In this document: piece by piece, positions 24,771-33,711 of the stretch
Position numbering within the stretch: the stretch's first letter is position 1
Layout: each line of letters starts with the position of its first letter
NCBI GenBank assembly: GCA_903839895.1
Contig: CAIMDW010000027.1
Location: forward strand, 1-35,634
Direction of reading: 5' to 3'
DNA length: 35,634 bases
Source of the DNA: Candidatus Staskawiczbacteria bacterium
GTDB taxonomy: Bacteria; Patescibacteriota; Minisyncoccia; Minisyncoccales; Staskawiczbacteraceae
The notes under the pieces: model-generated
The model's database searches: none
What the model saw: the letters and a program-made list of their open reading frames with translations, nothing else
What the model was told of the DNA's origin: nothing
Program-made: the position numbers and the translations under genes

Positions 24771-26371
24771 TTTAGCAATTCAATTAATTTATTTGGGACT
24801 CGGCCTTCCAGCAAAACTGCGTCGCCGGATTTGCAGAATAAAGTTATCAAGGAATAGATGTCTTGCGGTTTGTCGCACAATACGATATTCTTCTCTTTCA
24901 TCCCATTTTCCATAGCTCCTTTTTTAATACTGGCAAATTTATCTTTTGTGGTAATTATCGCCATATTGCAAACCTGTGCGATTTTTCTGCCGATTTTTTC
25001 GTGTATTTCTGCAGATTTTTCGCCAAGTTCTATGATACAAGGCATTACAACAACTTTCTTATTTGGAAAAACTGCCAAATAATCCAAATCTGCCAAAACT
25101 CCGTCGGGGTTTGAAGAATATGAAGAATCTACAATATTTATGCCGTGCATTTCCTTTTTTAAAGAAATTCCTGCTTGCTGTGGCAAAATTTTCTTGCAAC
25201 CATCGGAAATTTCGCCAAAATCCATGCCTAATTTTTTGGCAATCAAAATGGCGCCTAAAAGATTCTGTATATTGTGCTTTCCCAGAATTCTTGCGTCAAA
25301 ATGCATCATCTCACCCGATTTATCAACTGCCAAAAAGGAAATGTTTTCTTGGCGCACCGAAATGCTATCTGACCAGATATCTGAATCTAAAACATTATTC
25401 GTAAAGCTATATAAATGCTTTTTTCCTTCAAATTTCTTGTAAAGCGCTTGGCAATATTTATTGTCGCCATTTACAATTAAAACTCCGTTGTCTGGCAATG
25501 AATCAGCCAACTCTTCGCCCCCTTCAGCTGAAAGCAAGTTTTTTATTGAGCCAAATAAGGCCAAATGCTGTTCATTTACGCCCGTTACCACGCCCAAATC
25601 TGGCTTTACTATATTGCAGACTTCTTTTACTTTTCCCTTGTCATATGCGCCCACTTCGGCAATAAAAATTTGGTGCTCGGGCTTTAAATCGTTCAAAATG
25701 CAGTTTGCTACGCCAATTTCCGAATTTTGGTGCTCTTTTGTGGACAAAACTTTGAATTTTTCAGAAAGTATCGTAGTCAAAAATTCTTTTGTGGAAGTTT
25801 TTCCGTAGCTTCCCGTAATTGCAATTACCTTCAATTTTCCGGCAGATTTTATCTGCGCCATCTTTTCTCCGGCAGTTTTTAAGGTCTTATTCCTTAAAGC
25901 CACAAAAATTGGCTGCAAAACCAGCACAATTATAGAAATGATTATCGGCAACAAGATATCAAATGTTAAAAGCAAGATTGGCTGTACCAAATCTGCGGTT
26001 TTTAAAGTACTGAATAAAAATATTATCACTGCCAGGAAGCTAATAAAAACTAGAAGTGAGGTTTTTTGAGTGCGTTTTGGCTTTAAGACAGACTTTTTTA
26101 TAATTGCTCTTAAATAAATAATTGCCTGGCAGAAATAAACTATAAGCAAAACCGAGACCGCAAAATCAAAAAACGGCTTTAAAATCAGCAAAAAAAGCAA
26201 AACTATTTTTAAAATCCAAACCAAGTTTAGGAATATTTTTTTGCCTTTTTCAGTACGAAAATGATCAATAAATCTGGCAATATGATAATCTTTCAGCTGC
26301 CACAAAAAAAGCCAAAACAGGACGTATTTTAGCATCCACAAAAGCCAAAATGTATCAAGTAATATGTACAT
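24767..26371 (-). CDS. murF: MurF-like Mur ligase with N-terminal multi-TM domain
   Basis: ITGSYGKTSTKE P-loop, EVGAY, QHL, NGDN, GKHNIQN, DSSYSSNP, IELG; first about 155 aa hydrophobic. Confidence 0.82.
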   Translation of the reverse strand: MYILLDTFWLLWMLKYVLFWLFLWQLKDYHIARFIDHFRTEKGKKIFLNLVWILKIVLLFLLILKPFFDFAVSVLLIVYFCQAIIYLRAIIKKSVLKPKRTQKTSLLVFISFLAVIIFLFSTLKTADLVQPILLLTFDILLPIIISIIVLVLQPIFVALRNKTLKTAGEKMAQIKSAGKLKVIAITGSYGKTSTKEFLTTILSEKFKVLSTKEHQNSEIGVANCILNDLKPEHQIFIAEVGAYDKGKVKEVCNIVKPDLGVVTGVNEQHLALFGSIKNLLSAEGGEELADSLPDNGVLIVNGDNKYCQALYKKFEGKKHLYSFTNNVLDSDIWSDSISVRQENISFLAVDKSGEMMHFDARILGKHNIQNLLGAILIAKKLGMDFGEISDGCKKILPQQAGISLKKEMHGINIVDSSYSSNPDGVLADLDYLAVFPNKKVVVMPCIIELGEKSAEIHEKIGRKIAQVCNMAIITTKDKFASIKKGAMENGMKEKNIVLCDKPQDIYSLITLFCKSGDAVLLEGRVPNKLIELLK

Positions 26372-27121
26372 TTATATATTTTCCAGGATTTTCTCGGATA
26401 AAATTTCTGGCTGTTCTTTATTTAAGCGATGCCCCGCGCCGGGAATCACAACCAGCTTGGAATTTTTTATCTTATCGTTTATTATTTTGCCTTCCTCAAA
26501 TGGAGTGTCGGCATCTTTGTCTCCCCAAATAATTATTGTTGGAACTTTTGTAAAAGGCAGCTGAAAACCTACATCTTCACTGACAACGTTCAAATAAGTC
26601 TGTTTCATTACGCCATTAGCATAAACGTAGTCTGATTTTCGGATTATGAATTTATAAACGGCTTTCCTGAACAATGGATAATATGGCAAAAAGGAAAACA
26701 AGCCAACAACTTTTGCAATTTTTGCCGAAATCCCTTTTTTAGCGGTTTTTTTCCTTATAATTGCAGCTGAAACCAAGAACAATTTATCCACTTCCTGGGC
26801 ATGCTTTATGGCAACTTTCAAAGCCAAAGCTCCGCCAAAAGAGTGCCCCATCAAATAATAATTCCCCAAATTCAATTCTTTTGCGAATTGCTCAATCCAG
26901 GTTATGTATTTATTGGTATTCCAGGGAACTTGCAAAGGCTCTGATTGGCCAAATCCGGGCAAATCAGGCACAATTACCTTGTATCCTTTATCTGAAAGTA
27001 ACTCGGCCACTGCGGTCCATCTGTCGGAATTGGAATTCCATCCATGCAAAATCAAAAAAGGCTTGCCCTCTCCAAAAATCTGATATCTTGTCGTAATTCC
27101 GTTTATTGTTATCTCTGGCAT
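26372..27121 (-). CDS. Alpha/beta hydrolase
   Basis: LHGW, DLPGFG, GHSFG nucleophile elbow, WGDKD, AGH. Confidence 0.92.
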   Translation of the reverse strand: MPEITINGITTRYQIFGEGKPFLILHGWNSNSDRWTAVAELLSDKGYKVIVPDLPGFGQSEPLQVPWNTNKYITWIEQFAKELNLGNYYLMGHSFGGALALKVAIKHAQEVDKLFLVSAAIIRKKTAKKGISAKIAKVVGLFSFLPYYPLFRKAVYKFIIRKSDYVYANGVMKQTYLNVVSEDVGFQLPFTKVPTIIIWGDKDADTPFEEGKIINDKIKNSKLVVIPGAGHRLNKEQPEILSEKILENI

Positions 27122-27124
27122 TTT

Positions 27125-28411
27125 TTATTTTATTATTTTGAATCCGCAATATTTTTGCAAAACTTTCGGCACTTTTATGCTGCCATCTTTCTGCTGGTAA
27201 TTTTCCAAAATTGCAATAAGAGGCCTTTCTGCAAGAGCTGTGGCGTCGTTTGTATGCACAAGCTCAACTTTCCCTGACTTCCTTCTAACCTTGGTCTGCA
27301 ATCGTCTGGCCTGATAATCTGTCATATAATCTGCAGTATGGGTTTCTCGATATTTATTTTGTCCTGGCAGCCAAACATTGATGTCAACGCCTCGGGCATT
27401 GGGTTTTCCAATGTCAGCAGTGCATTTTAACATAACCTCATAGGGCAGTTCCAATTGTCCCATCAAATATTCTTGGATGGCAATTAGAAAAAGATGTTCC
27501 TCGTAAGAATTTTCGGCAACTGTAAGGCTTTCCATTTCAAGCTTGTTAAATTGGTGCATTCGTAAAATTCCTTCCATATCCTTTCCGTATGTCCCGGCTT
27601 CTTTTCTGAAGCTTGTCGCGTATCCGGCATAACGTATTGGAAATTCATTTTCAGCAATCGTTTCATTCATATGCATTGTGCCTAAAACATGCTCGGCGCT
27701 TCCTTCCAACCACAAGTCCTCGCCCTCTATTTTATAGCGTTCTTCCCTTGGCTCAAGCCTGTCCATGGCCGAATAAGGTTCGGTTTTTATCATAAGCGGC
27801 GGCAAAACGGGCACAAAAGGCTTTGTGCTGACATTTAATTTGGCTTTTTTCGCAATTTTGGCCAAAATTTCCTCATTAGACAGCACATCAAACGCAAAGC
27901 GAAACATAGACAATTCCAGCAAAACAAGCGGACCTTTCAAGTAAGCAAATCTGGAACCTGCGACTTTTGCCGCGCGTTCTTTGTCAATCAAGCCCATTTT
28001 TTCCGCCAATTCCCAGTGATTTTTCGGCTCAAAACCAAAATGCGGCTTTTTCCCAACTGTTTTTATAACTTTATTTTCATCCTCGGTAGTTCCCACCGGC
28101 ACGTCTTCATACGGGATATTTGGCAATTGCAAAAGCAAAATTTGAAGCTCGGCGTCAGCCTTTTCCAACTCGGGCGCCATTGATTTTATTTTTTCTTTTA
28201 TTTCTTTCGCCTGTGCAAAAATTTCTTTGTTTTCGGTTCCGCCTCGGCTGATTTTATTCTGTTCGGCTTTCAGGGTTTCCATTTCGGTCATTATTTCCCT
28301 TTTTTTCTTATCCAAACCTAAAACATCATCGACATTGACTTCGACATTTTTATCTTTGCAGGCTTTCCGGACAACCTCCGGATTTTCCCTGATAAAATTT
28401 AAATCCAGCAT
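27125..28411 (-). CDS. serS: Serine--tRNA ligase
   Basis: MLDLNFIR coiled-coil N-terminus, AAKVAGSRF, FRKEAG, RMHQF.KLE, DYQARRL, ILENYQ. Confidence 0.96.
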   Translation of the reverse strand: MLDLNFIRENPEVVRKACKDKNVEVNVDDVLGLDKKKREIMTEMETLKAEQNKISRGGTENKEIFAQAKEIKEKIKSMAPELEKADAELQILLLQLPNIPYEDVPVGTTEDENKVIKTVGKKPHFGFEPKNHWELAEKMGLIDKERAAKVAGSRFAYLKGPLVLLELSMFRFAFDVLSNEEILAKIAKKAKLNVSTKPFVPVLPPLMIKTEPYSAMDRLEPREERYKIEGEDLWLEGSAEHVLGTMHMNETIAENEFPIRYAGYATSFRKEAGTYGKDMEGILRMHQFNKLEMESLTVAENSYEEHLFLIAIQEYLMGQLELPYEVMLKCTADIGKPNARGVDINVWLPGQNKYRETHTADYMTDYQARRLQTKVRRKSGKVELVHTNDATALAERPLIAILENYQQKDGSIKVPKVLQKYCGFKIIK

Positions 28412-28415
28412 AGTT

Positions 28416-28820
28416 TTATTTATTTAAAATTGATGAATGAAATTTTTCGGGTTTATAGGGCTTTAATCTATCTATTTCAATATTCTCCAATCCCCTCTCT
28501 TTCAATTCTTTTTCCAAATTATCAGCATAATTGTGCTGGTCATATCCCAAGCAAATCACATCGGGCTTCAAATTTTCTATAAGCTTATAAGGATCTGTTT
28601 CGTCCCCCAGCAGCGCGTCATCAACCAAATCGCAATCTATCAAATCCCCAACCCTCTGCTCTTCGTCTTTTTTCGGCAAATTTCCCTTCAATTTTTCGAC
28701 ATTTTTATCCCTGCCGGCAACAACAATCAAGTAATCTCCGTATTCCCGAGCCTGCCTGAAAAAATCTAAATGCCCTTCATGCAGTCCGTCAAATGTCCCA
28801 AAAACCATCACCTTTTTCAT
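28416..28820 (-). CDS. Cytidylyltransferase-family nucleotidyltransferase, RibL-like FAD synthase
   Basis: GTFDGLHEGH, LIVVAGRD, PDVICLGYDQ, SS. Start at MKKVMVFG (28820). Confidence 0.75.
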   Translation of the reverse strand: MKKVMVFGTFDGLHEGHLDFFRQAREYGDYLIVVAGRDKNVEKLKGNLPKKDEEQRVGDLIDCDLVDDALLGDETDPYKLIENLKPDVICLGYDQHNYADNLEKELKERGLENIEIDRLKPYKPEKFHSSILNK

Positions 28821-28825
28821 ATTTT

Positions 28826-30301
28826 CTATTGTTTTGGCTTCATTAATGGGAATATTTGGCAATCGCGCATGGGTTTATCCATTAAAAAGGCAAATAACCT
28901 TTCGGAAACTCCGAATCCGCAGGTTGGGGGCATGCCATGTTCTAGGGCTTCCACGAAGTCTTTATCGTATCTTTGGGCTTCGGCATCGCCTGCATCGCGC
29001 AATTTTTGCTGTTCTGTAAATCTTTCTGCCTGGTCTATTGGATCGTTTAATTCAGAATATCCTTTGCCCATTTCAGAGCCCGCCAAAATTACTTGGAATC
29101 TTTGGACCAGTTTTGGATTTTTTTCCATTCTTTTTGCCAATGGTTCCATTATAATCGGCACATTTATTAGGAATCCTGGGCCTGGAATGTTTTTCCTGCA
29201 ATATTTCCACAAGTTATCAATTGCGCGGGTAATATTAAAGCCATTTCGGTCATATTCAATTTTCAACTTCTGCAAAACTTTTTCTATTTCTGACAAGCTT
29301 GCTTCTTCTATGTTTACTCCCGTGTATTTTGAAATTGTGGAATTAAAATCGTATTTTTCCCATTTTTTTCCCAAGTCAACTTCAAATCCGCGGATATTGA
29401 ATTTTAAAGTCCCAAAAGCTTTCTTGGCGACATATTTGTACATTTCTTCCACTAGTTCCATGCCCTGCTCGTAATCTGTGTAGGCAGAATAACATTCCAT
29501 TTGCGTGTAATCCTGCAAATGTTCTGAATCTATTCCTTCATTGCGAAATTGCCTGCCAATTTCAAATGTTTTTTCAAATCCCGCCACCATTAACTTCTTC
29601 TGCCACAATTCGCCAGTGGAAATGCGCAAATAAACATCCATATCTAAGGCATTGTGGTGAGTTTTAAATGGCCTTGCATCGGCTCCGCCTGGAGTTGTTT
29701 CCAAAACAGGAGTTTCCACTTCCAAAAACTTTTTTTCAAGCAAAAATTCCCGCATTGCGCCCCAAAACATTGCCCGTTTCTGAATCATTTCCTTCACTTC
29801 AGGATTAAATATTATATCCAAATATCTCTTTCTTAATTTTTCTTCCACGTCTTGAATTCCATGCCATTTTTCTGGCAAAGGCAAAAGCGCCTTTGAAAGC
29901 ATTTTGTAATCGTCTGCTTCTATGGTTTTTTCGCCTCTTTTTGTTATGAATAAAGTCCCTTTTATTTCCACAAAGTCAGCAATATCAAAAACATCCAGAA
30001 AAAACTGGTAGCCTTTTTCCCCAAGCTTGTCGGTTTTTATAATTGCTTGAATTTTTCCAGTCCCGTCATTTATATCCAAAAAAGTAGCTCCCCCATGCCC
30101 TCGTTGCGCCATAATTCTGCCAGCTATCACAACTGTCTTTTTCTTAGACAAAATTCCACCCGAAAGCTTCTTGAAGTTTTCCAAAACCTCGGCAACAGAA
30201 TGTGTTCGTTTTGTCTTGGCCGGATACGCCAAAATCCCAGCATTTTTCAGCTTCTTTAATTTCTCAATTCTCGTTTGCCGTAATTCTTCAATTGTTGGCA
30301 T
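28826..30301 (-). CDS. lysS: Lysine--tRNA ligase (class II)
   Basis: OB-fold AGRI, PLPEKWHG, RKRYLD, GGADARPF, FRNEG, YSELNDP, GMPPTCGFG. Start at MPTIEELR (30301). Confidence 0.96.
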   Translation of the reverse strand: MPTIEELRQTRIEKLKKLKNAGILAYPAKTKRTHSVAEVLENFKKLSGGILSKKKTVVIAGRIMAQRGHGGATFLDINDGTGKIQAIIKTDKLGEKGYQFFLDVFDIADFVEIKGTLFITKRGEKTIEADDYKMLSKALLPLPEKWHGIQDVEEKLRKRYLDIIFNPEVKEMIQKRAMFWGAMREFLLEKKFLEVETPVLETTPGGADARPFKTHHNALDMDVYLRISTGELWQKKLMVAGFEKTFEIGRQFRNEGIDSEHLQDYTQMECYSAYTDYEQGMELVEEMYKYVAKKAFGTLKFNIRGFEVDLGKKWEKYDFNSTISKYTGVNIEEASLSEIEKVLQKLKIEYDRNGFNITRAIDNLWKYCRKNIPGPGFLINVPIIMEPLAKRMEKNPKLVQRFQVILAGSEMGKGYSELNDPIDQAERFTEQQKLRDAGDAEAQRYDKDFVEALEHGMPPTCGFGVSERLFAFLMDKPMRDCQIFPLMKPKQ

Positions 30302-30378
30302 GAATTTGCGAGCGAGGCGAGTAAATTCACTTCGCAATTTTAGCATGATTTATCAAATATATTATTGCTGAAATTGCG
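30301..30378. repeat. Two tandem imperfect inverted repeats upstream of lysS
   Basis: TGAATTTGC-gagcgaggcga-GTAAATTCA (30301-30329) and CGCAATTTTAGCA...TGCTGAAATTGCG (30333-30378). Confidence 0.75.
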
Positions 30379-30434
30379 TTGCGACACCTTGCTATTTATA
30401 CATAATACCAAAATTAAAAGCATAGGTAAACAGC

Positions 30435-30463
30435 TTGACGATATCAATCTATTAGTTTAAAGT
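30435..30463 (+). promoter_or_regulatory. Sigma70 promoter for the IMP cyclohydrolase-like gene
   Basis: TTGACG (30435-30440), 17 nt, TAAAGT (30458-30463). Confidence 0.7.
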
Positions 30464-30507
30464 CTATATAAGCCTTTTAGGTGAACCCAAAAAGCAGGAG
30501 GAATATT

Positions 30508-31266
30508 ATGGATTGCTCTAAAGAAGCCCAAAAAAACCTAGAGTGGTTACGGGGAAATATTTACCCGGGACGTGGCTTGGTTATGGGCATGGATGAAACC
30601 GGAGAAAATCTGGTTCAGATTTACTGGATTATGGGACGAAGTGAAAACAGCCGGAATCGTGTTTTTAGCCACGAAGCCGGCCGAGTCTTCACCGAGGCCG
30701 CCGACCCCGCGAAGGTTAAGGACCCGAGCTTGATCATTTACAATGCAATGTGCGAGAGCCATGCCGTCGTCCCGAAATATGGATACCGTTTTTGCGCCGT
30801 AAGCAATGGATGCCAAACCGATGCAATTATCCATCAATGCGACGAGGAAGCCCCTCTGACCAGCGCAATGGCAAAATTCCACTACGAACCGGACGCGCCG
30901 AATTTCACTCCCAGAATCTCTGGCTTATGCAAAGTCAATGGAGTTGGAACTTACAGCGCTGAAATGTCAATTCTCCGCAAATCGCCCTGGACCGACGATT
31001 GTGATAGAGCGCATTACACATATTTCCATATCGCGCCAGGGTTCGGCTATTGCCTAACCACTTATTTGGGCGACGGCGACCCTTTGCCGTCGTTTCACGG
31101 CGAGCCATTGCTGATGCCGATTATCGGCAGTGAAATTGCAATCATGGCTATTTACTGGGATGCGCTCAATAAAAACAATCGCGTTTCCCTGGTTGTAAAA
31201 ATTATCCCGATATCCGGCGGACCAAGCAAGGTTCACATTGTGAACCGTTTCGAAAAAGCAGCTTAA
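30508..31266 (+). CDS. Stand-alone IMP cyclohydrolase-like protein (PurO-like, Ntn-hydrolase fold)
   Basis: YPGRG, YWIMGRSENSRNR, DPSLIIYN, SNGCQTD, EPDAPNFTPRISG, TYLGDGDPLPSF. SD AGGAGG at 30496-30501 favours ATG 30508. Confidence 0.83.
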   Translation: MDCSKEAQKNLEWLRGNIYPGRGLVMGMDETGENLVQIYWIMGRSENSRNRVFSHEAGRVFTEAADPAKVKDPSLIIYNAMCESHAVVPKYGYRFCAVSNGCQTDAIIHQCDEEAPLTSAMAKFHYEPDAPNFTPRISGLCKVNGVGTYSAEMSILRKSPWTDDCDRAHYTYFHIAPGFGYCLTTYLGDGDPLPSFHGEPLLMPIIGSEIAIMAIYWDALNKNNRVSLVVKIIPISGGPSKVHIVNRFEKAA

Positions 31267-31292
31267 CAGCCGCTTCTTTTTTTTGCAAAAAA
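31256..31292. terminator. Terminator between convergent purO-like gene and mrdA
   Basis: AAGC-A-GCT-taac-AGC-C-GCTT then C-T8-GC-A6. Confidence 0.6.
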
Positions 31293-31294
31293 TA

Positions 31295-33208
31295 TTATTT
31301 TGACGTAAAATACCAATTCAAAACTTCTTTGGCGACTGGCAAGGTTACAGCGCCCACGCCATTTACATTTTCTGCTGTGACTACCAGAACAATTTCAGGA
31401 TTGTCGTATGGCGCAAAAACTGATGACCAGACATTGTATTGGTCTTTCAACCCAATTTCAGCTGTTCCAGTTTTGGCGGCTACCGACACGGGCAAGCTTC
31501 GCAGAGTCCCAGACAAGCCATAACTTTCTGTAACGCCGTCTCTCATGCCTTCCCTGACAATTTGCAAATTTGCCGGGTCTATGAAATTCGACCTAATAAT
31601 TTGCGGAGAAAATTCCTGGACGGTTTTTGAAGCGTCAGAAGAAACAACCTTATTTACGATTTGAGGCTTATATAAAGTGCCTCCGTTTGCAATAGCGCAA
31701 TATGCCGAGGCAACCTGCAAAGGAGTCGTCTGTAAATCTGATTGTCCGATAGAAAGGTTGTAAGTATCGCCAAGCACCCAAGAGCTTCCTTTTGTGGATT
31801 TTTTCCAGGCCCTATCAGGAATAAATCCTGAAAATTCGCCAGGCAAATCAATGCCGGTTTTCTGGTTCCAGCCGAAAAGCGAAAGATATTTCTTAATCAA
31901 ATCAGGCCCAAGGCCTTTTTGCCCTTCATATCCCCCGCCTACTGTATAAAAATAAATGTTTGAAGAAACTGCAATGGCTTTTCTCATATCAACCATTCCA
32001 TGAGGTTTTACCCCTCCAAACCGGTAAGTTACGCTTGGGTCGTACTGGCTGCGGACTAAAATATACCCCGGATCATTTATTTCCTTTTCAGGAGAAATTA
32101 TTTTTTCTTGCAAAGCTGCGGAAGCTTCAAACGGCTTTATGGTAGAGCCTGTAGGATATTTTGCAGAAATTACCCTGTCAAAAAGAGGCTGGGAAGGGTC
32201 GCCAATCAAGGTTTTATAATCAGCCTGCGAAATTCCTCCTGAAAACAAATTGTCGTCGTATGATGGATAAGAAACCAAAGCCAAAATGGCTCCTGTGCGC
32301 GGATCCATAGCCACAGCAGCGCCTTTTTTAGCGTTCATTTTTTGGAATGTTGCTGACATTGCGTCGTAAAGATGCTGTTGCAAGTCGGCATCTATATTCA
32401 GCACTAAATTTTCGCCTGACTGGGGTTGGACCGAAACGCCGTTTGGAGAATTCGGATCGGACTTTGAAGTTTTCAGCTGGCCGGGAACTCCGCGCAAATA
32501 GTCTTCATAATATTGCTCAAGTCCGGTTTTTCCAATGTAGTCATTTATAGAATATCCATTTGAAACTCCATATTCATCGCTGTTTATCCGGCCAGTATAA
32601 CCTAAAACCTGCGAAAAAACCGGGCCGTAAACATATTCTCTGGCGGCATTTTGCTGGAGCTTGCAGCCCGCAAAATCATTTATTTTTGACTCGACCAGCA
32701 AAAGCTTTTCGTGGTCCATGTTATTTGCCACCAAAACTTGCGACGCGCTTGCGTTTTGAATTTTTTGAGTTATATCTTGCGCTCCTATTCCTAAAGTATC
32801 GGCAATTTCCTGGGTTTCTTTTGAAATTTCAGCTGAAGAATATGTGAAGCTTGACCTGTCGCAAACCAAATCATAAGCGGGCGAATTTACCACAAGCTTT
32901 TTCATATTCTTGTCGTAAATTATGCCTCGGGGAGGAATAATCAGGTTTACCGAGCCTTTATTATTTTCTGCTTCGGTAAGCAATTTTTTGCCAAGGAAAA
33001 TTTGGAAATATGCGGTCCTTAAGAATAGAATAGCGGTCAAAACAAAAAAAGTTCCGAATAATACATAGGAAATTTTTTCTTTAAGCGGAACTTCAAACTT
33101 TTTTTCGGACAATCCCAGCTCTTCTTCTTTCACTTGGGCAAGCTTGTCTAAAAAAACTTCGTGCGGTTCTATGTCTGAAAATGAATTTTTTAGCCGGTAT
33201 GTTTTCAT
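31295..33208 (-). CDS. mrdA: Penicillin-binding protein 2 (class B)
   Basis: RGIIYD, REY, GKTGLE dimerisation motifs; active site STIK, SSN, KTG; follows mreD. Confidence 0.93.
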   Translation of the reverse strand: MKTYRLKNSFSDIEPHEVFLDKLAQVKEEELGLSEKKFEVPLKEKISYVLFGTFFVLTAILFLRTAYFQIFLGKKLLTEAENNKGSVNLIIPPRGIIYDKNMKKLVVNSPAYDLVCDRSSFTYSSAEISKETQEIADTLGIGAQDITQKIQNASASQVLVANNMDHEKLLLVESKINDFAGCKLQQNAAREYVYGPVFSQVLGYTGRINSDEYGVSNGYSINDYIGKTGLEQYYEDYLRGVPGQLKTSKSDPNSPNGVSVQPQSGENLVLNIDADLQQHLYDAMSATFQKMNAKKGAAVAMDPRTGAILALVSYPSYDDNLFSGGISQADYKTLIGDPSQPLFDRVISAKYPTGSTIKPFEASAALQEKIISPEKEINDPGYILVRSQYDPSVTYRFGGVKPHGMVDMRKAIAVSSNIYFYTVGGGYEGQKGLGPDLIKKYLSLFGWNQKTGIDLPGEFSGFIPDRAWKKSTKGSSWVLGDTYNLSIGQSDLQTTPLQVASAYCAIANGGTLYKPQIVNKVVSSDASKTVQEFSPQIIRSNFIDPANLQIVREGMRDGVTESYGLSGTLRSLPVSVAAKTGTAEIGLKDQYNVWSSVFAPYDNPEIVLVVTAENVNGVGAVTLPVAKEVLNWYFTSK

Positions 33209-33711
33209 TTGTTAAATAATGACAACTGGCGGTTGTCTTCAGGATTGAAATATTTCTTATAAAAATAAAATAACACTGCAGCCAAAATTATATCATATAT
33301 TATGCTAAAAACCATATCGGAAGGCATTTTGGTTGCGAATGCCAGCAAAAATTTATATGCTGCCAGAAAAATTGCAAAAAGCGGGGCAAAATACAAGAAT
33401 GGATAATTGTCTGACGAATTTTGCAAAAGGTTTTGGGTTTTTTTTATCAGCAAACCGAAAATACCCAGCAGAACTATGGAAGGTCCGAGATTTGCGGCAG
33501 AAAATATGTCCAAGAAAAATCCTGCTGACAAGCCCAGGATAAAAGATGAAAAATAAGCGCTTTTTTTCTCAAAAAATGCCAACAAAAAAAATATTATGAA
33601 AACAAGGTCGGGGTTTGCCCCGAAAAGCGCAAAATAAGAGAAAAAGCTGGTTTGCAGGAGAACCGCAACGTAAAAAAGCAAAATTGCTATGGATATTTTT
33701 TGCCAAACCAT
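33205..33711 (-). CDS. mreD: Rod shape-determining protein MreD
   Basis: About 5 TM; LLQTS, NPDL, GFFLDIFS; lies between mreC and mrdA. Confidence 0.85.
   Translation of the reverse strand: MVWQKISIAILLFYVAVLLQTSFFSYFALFGANPDLVFIIFFLLAFFEKKSAYFSSFILGLSAGFFLDIFSAANLGPSIVLLGIFGLLIKKTQNLLQNSSDNYPFLYFAPLFAIFLAAYKFLLAFATKMPSDMVFSIIYDIILAAVLFYFYKKYFNPEDNRQLSLFNK

Noticed and set aside
28770..29474. 234-aa plus-strand ORF
   Set aside because: Antisense to the conserved lysS catalytic domain, a typical shadow ORF. The same applies to 9849..10256 and 14893..15369.
30302..30346. 15-aa N-terminal extension of LysS (MLKLRSEFTRLARKF)
   Set aside because: It is the translation of the palindromic leader. 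MPTIEELR is the more typical start, though the longer one cannot be fully excluded.
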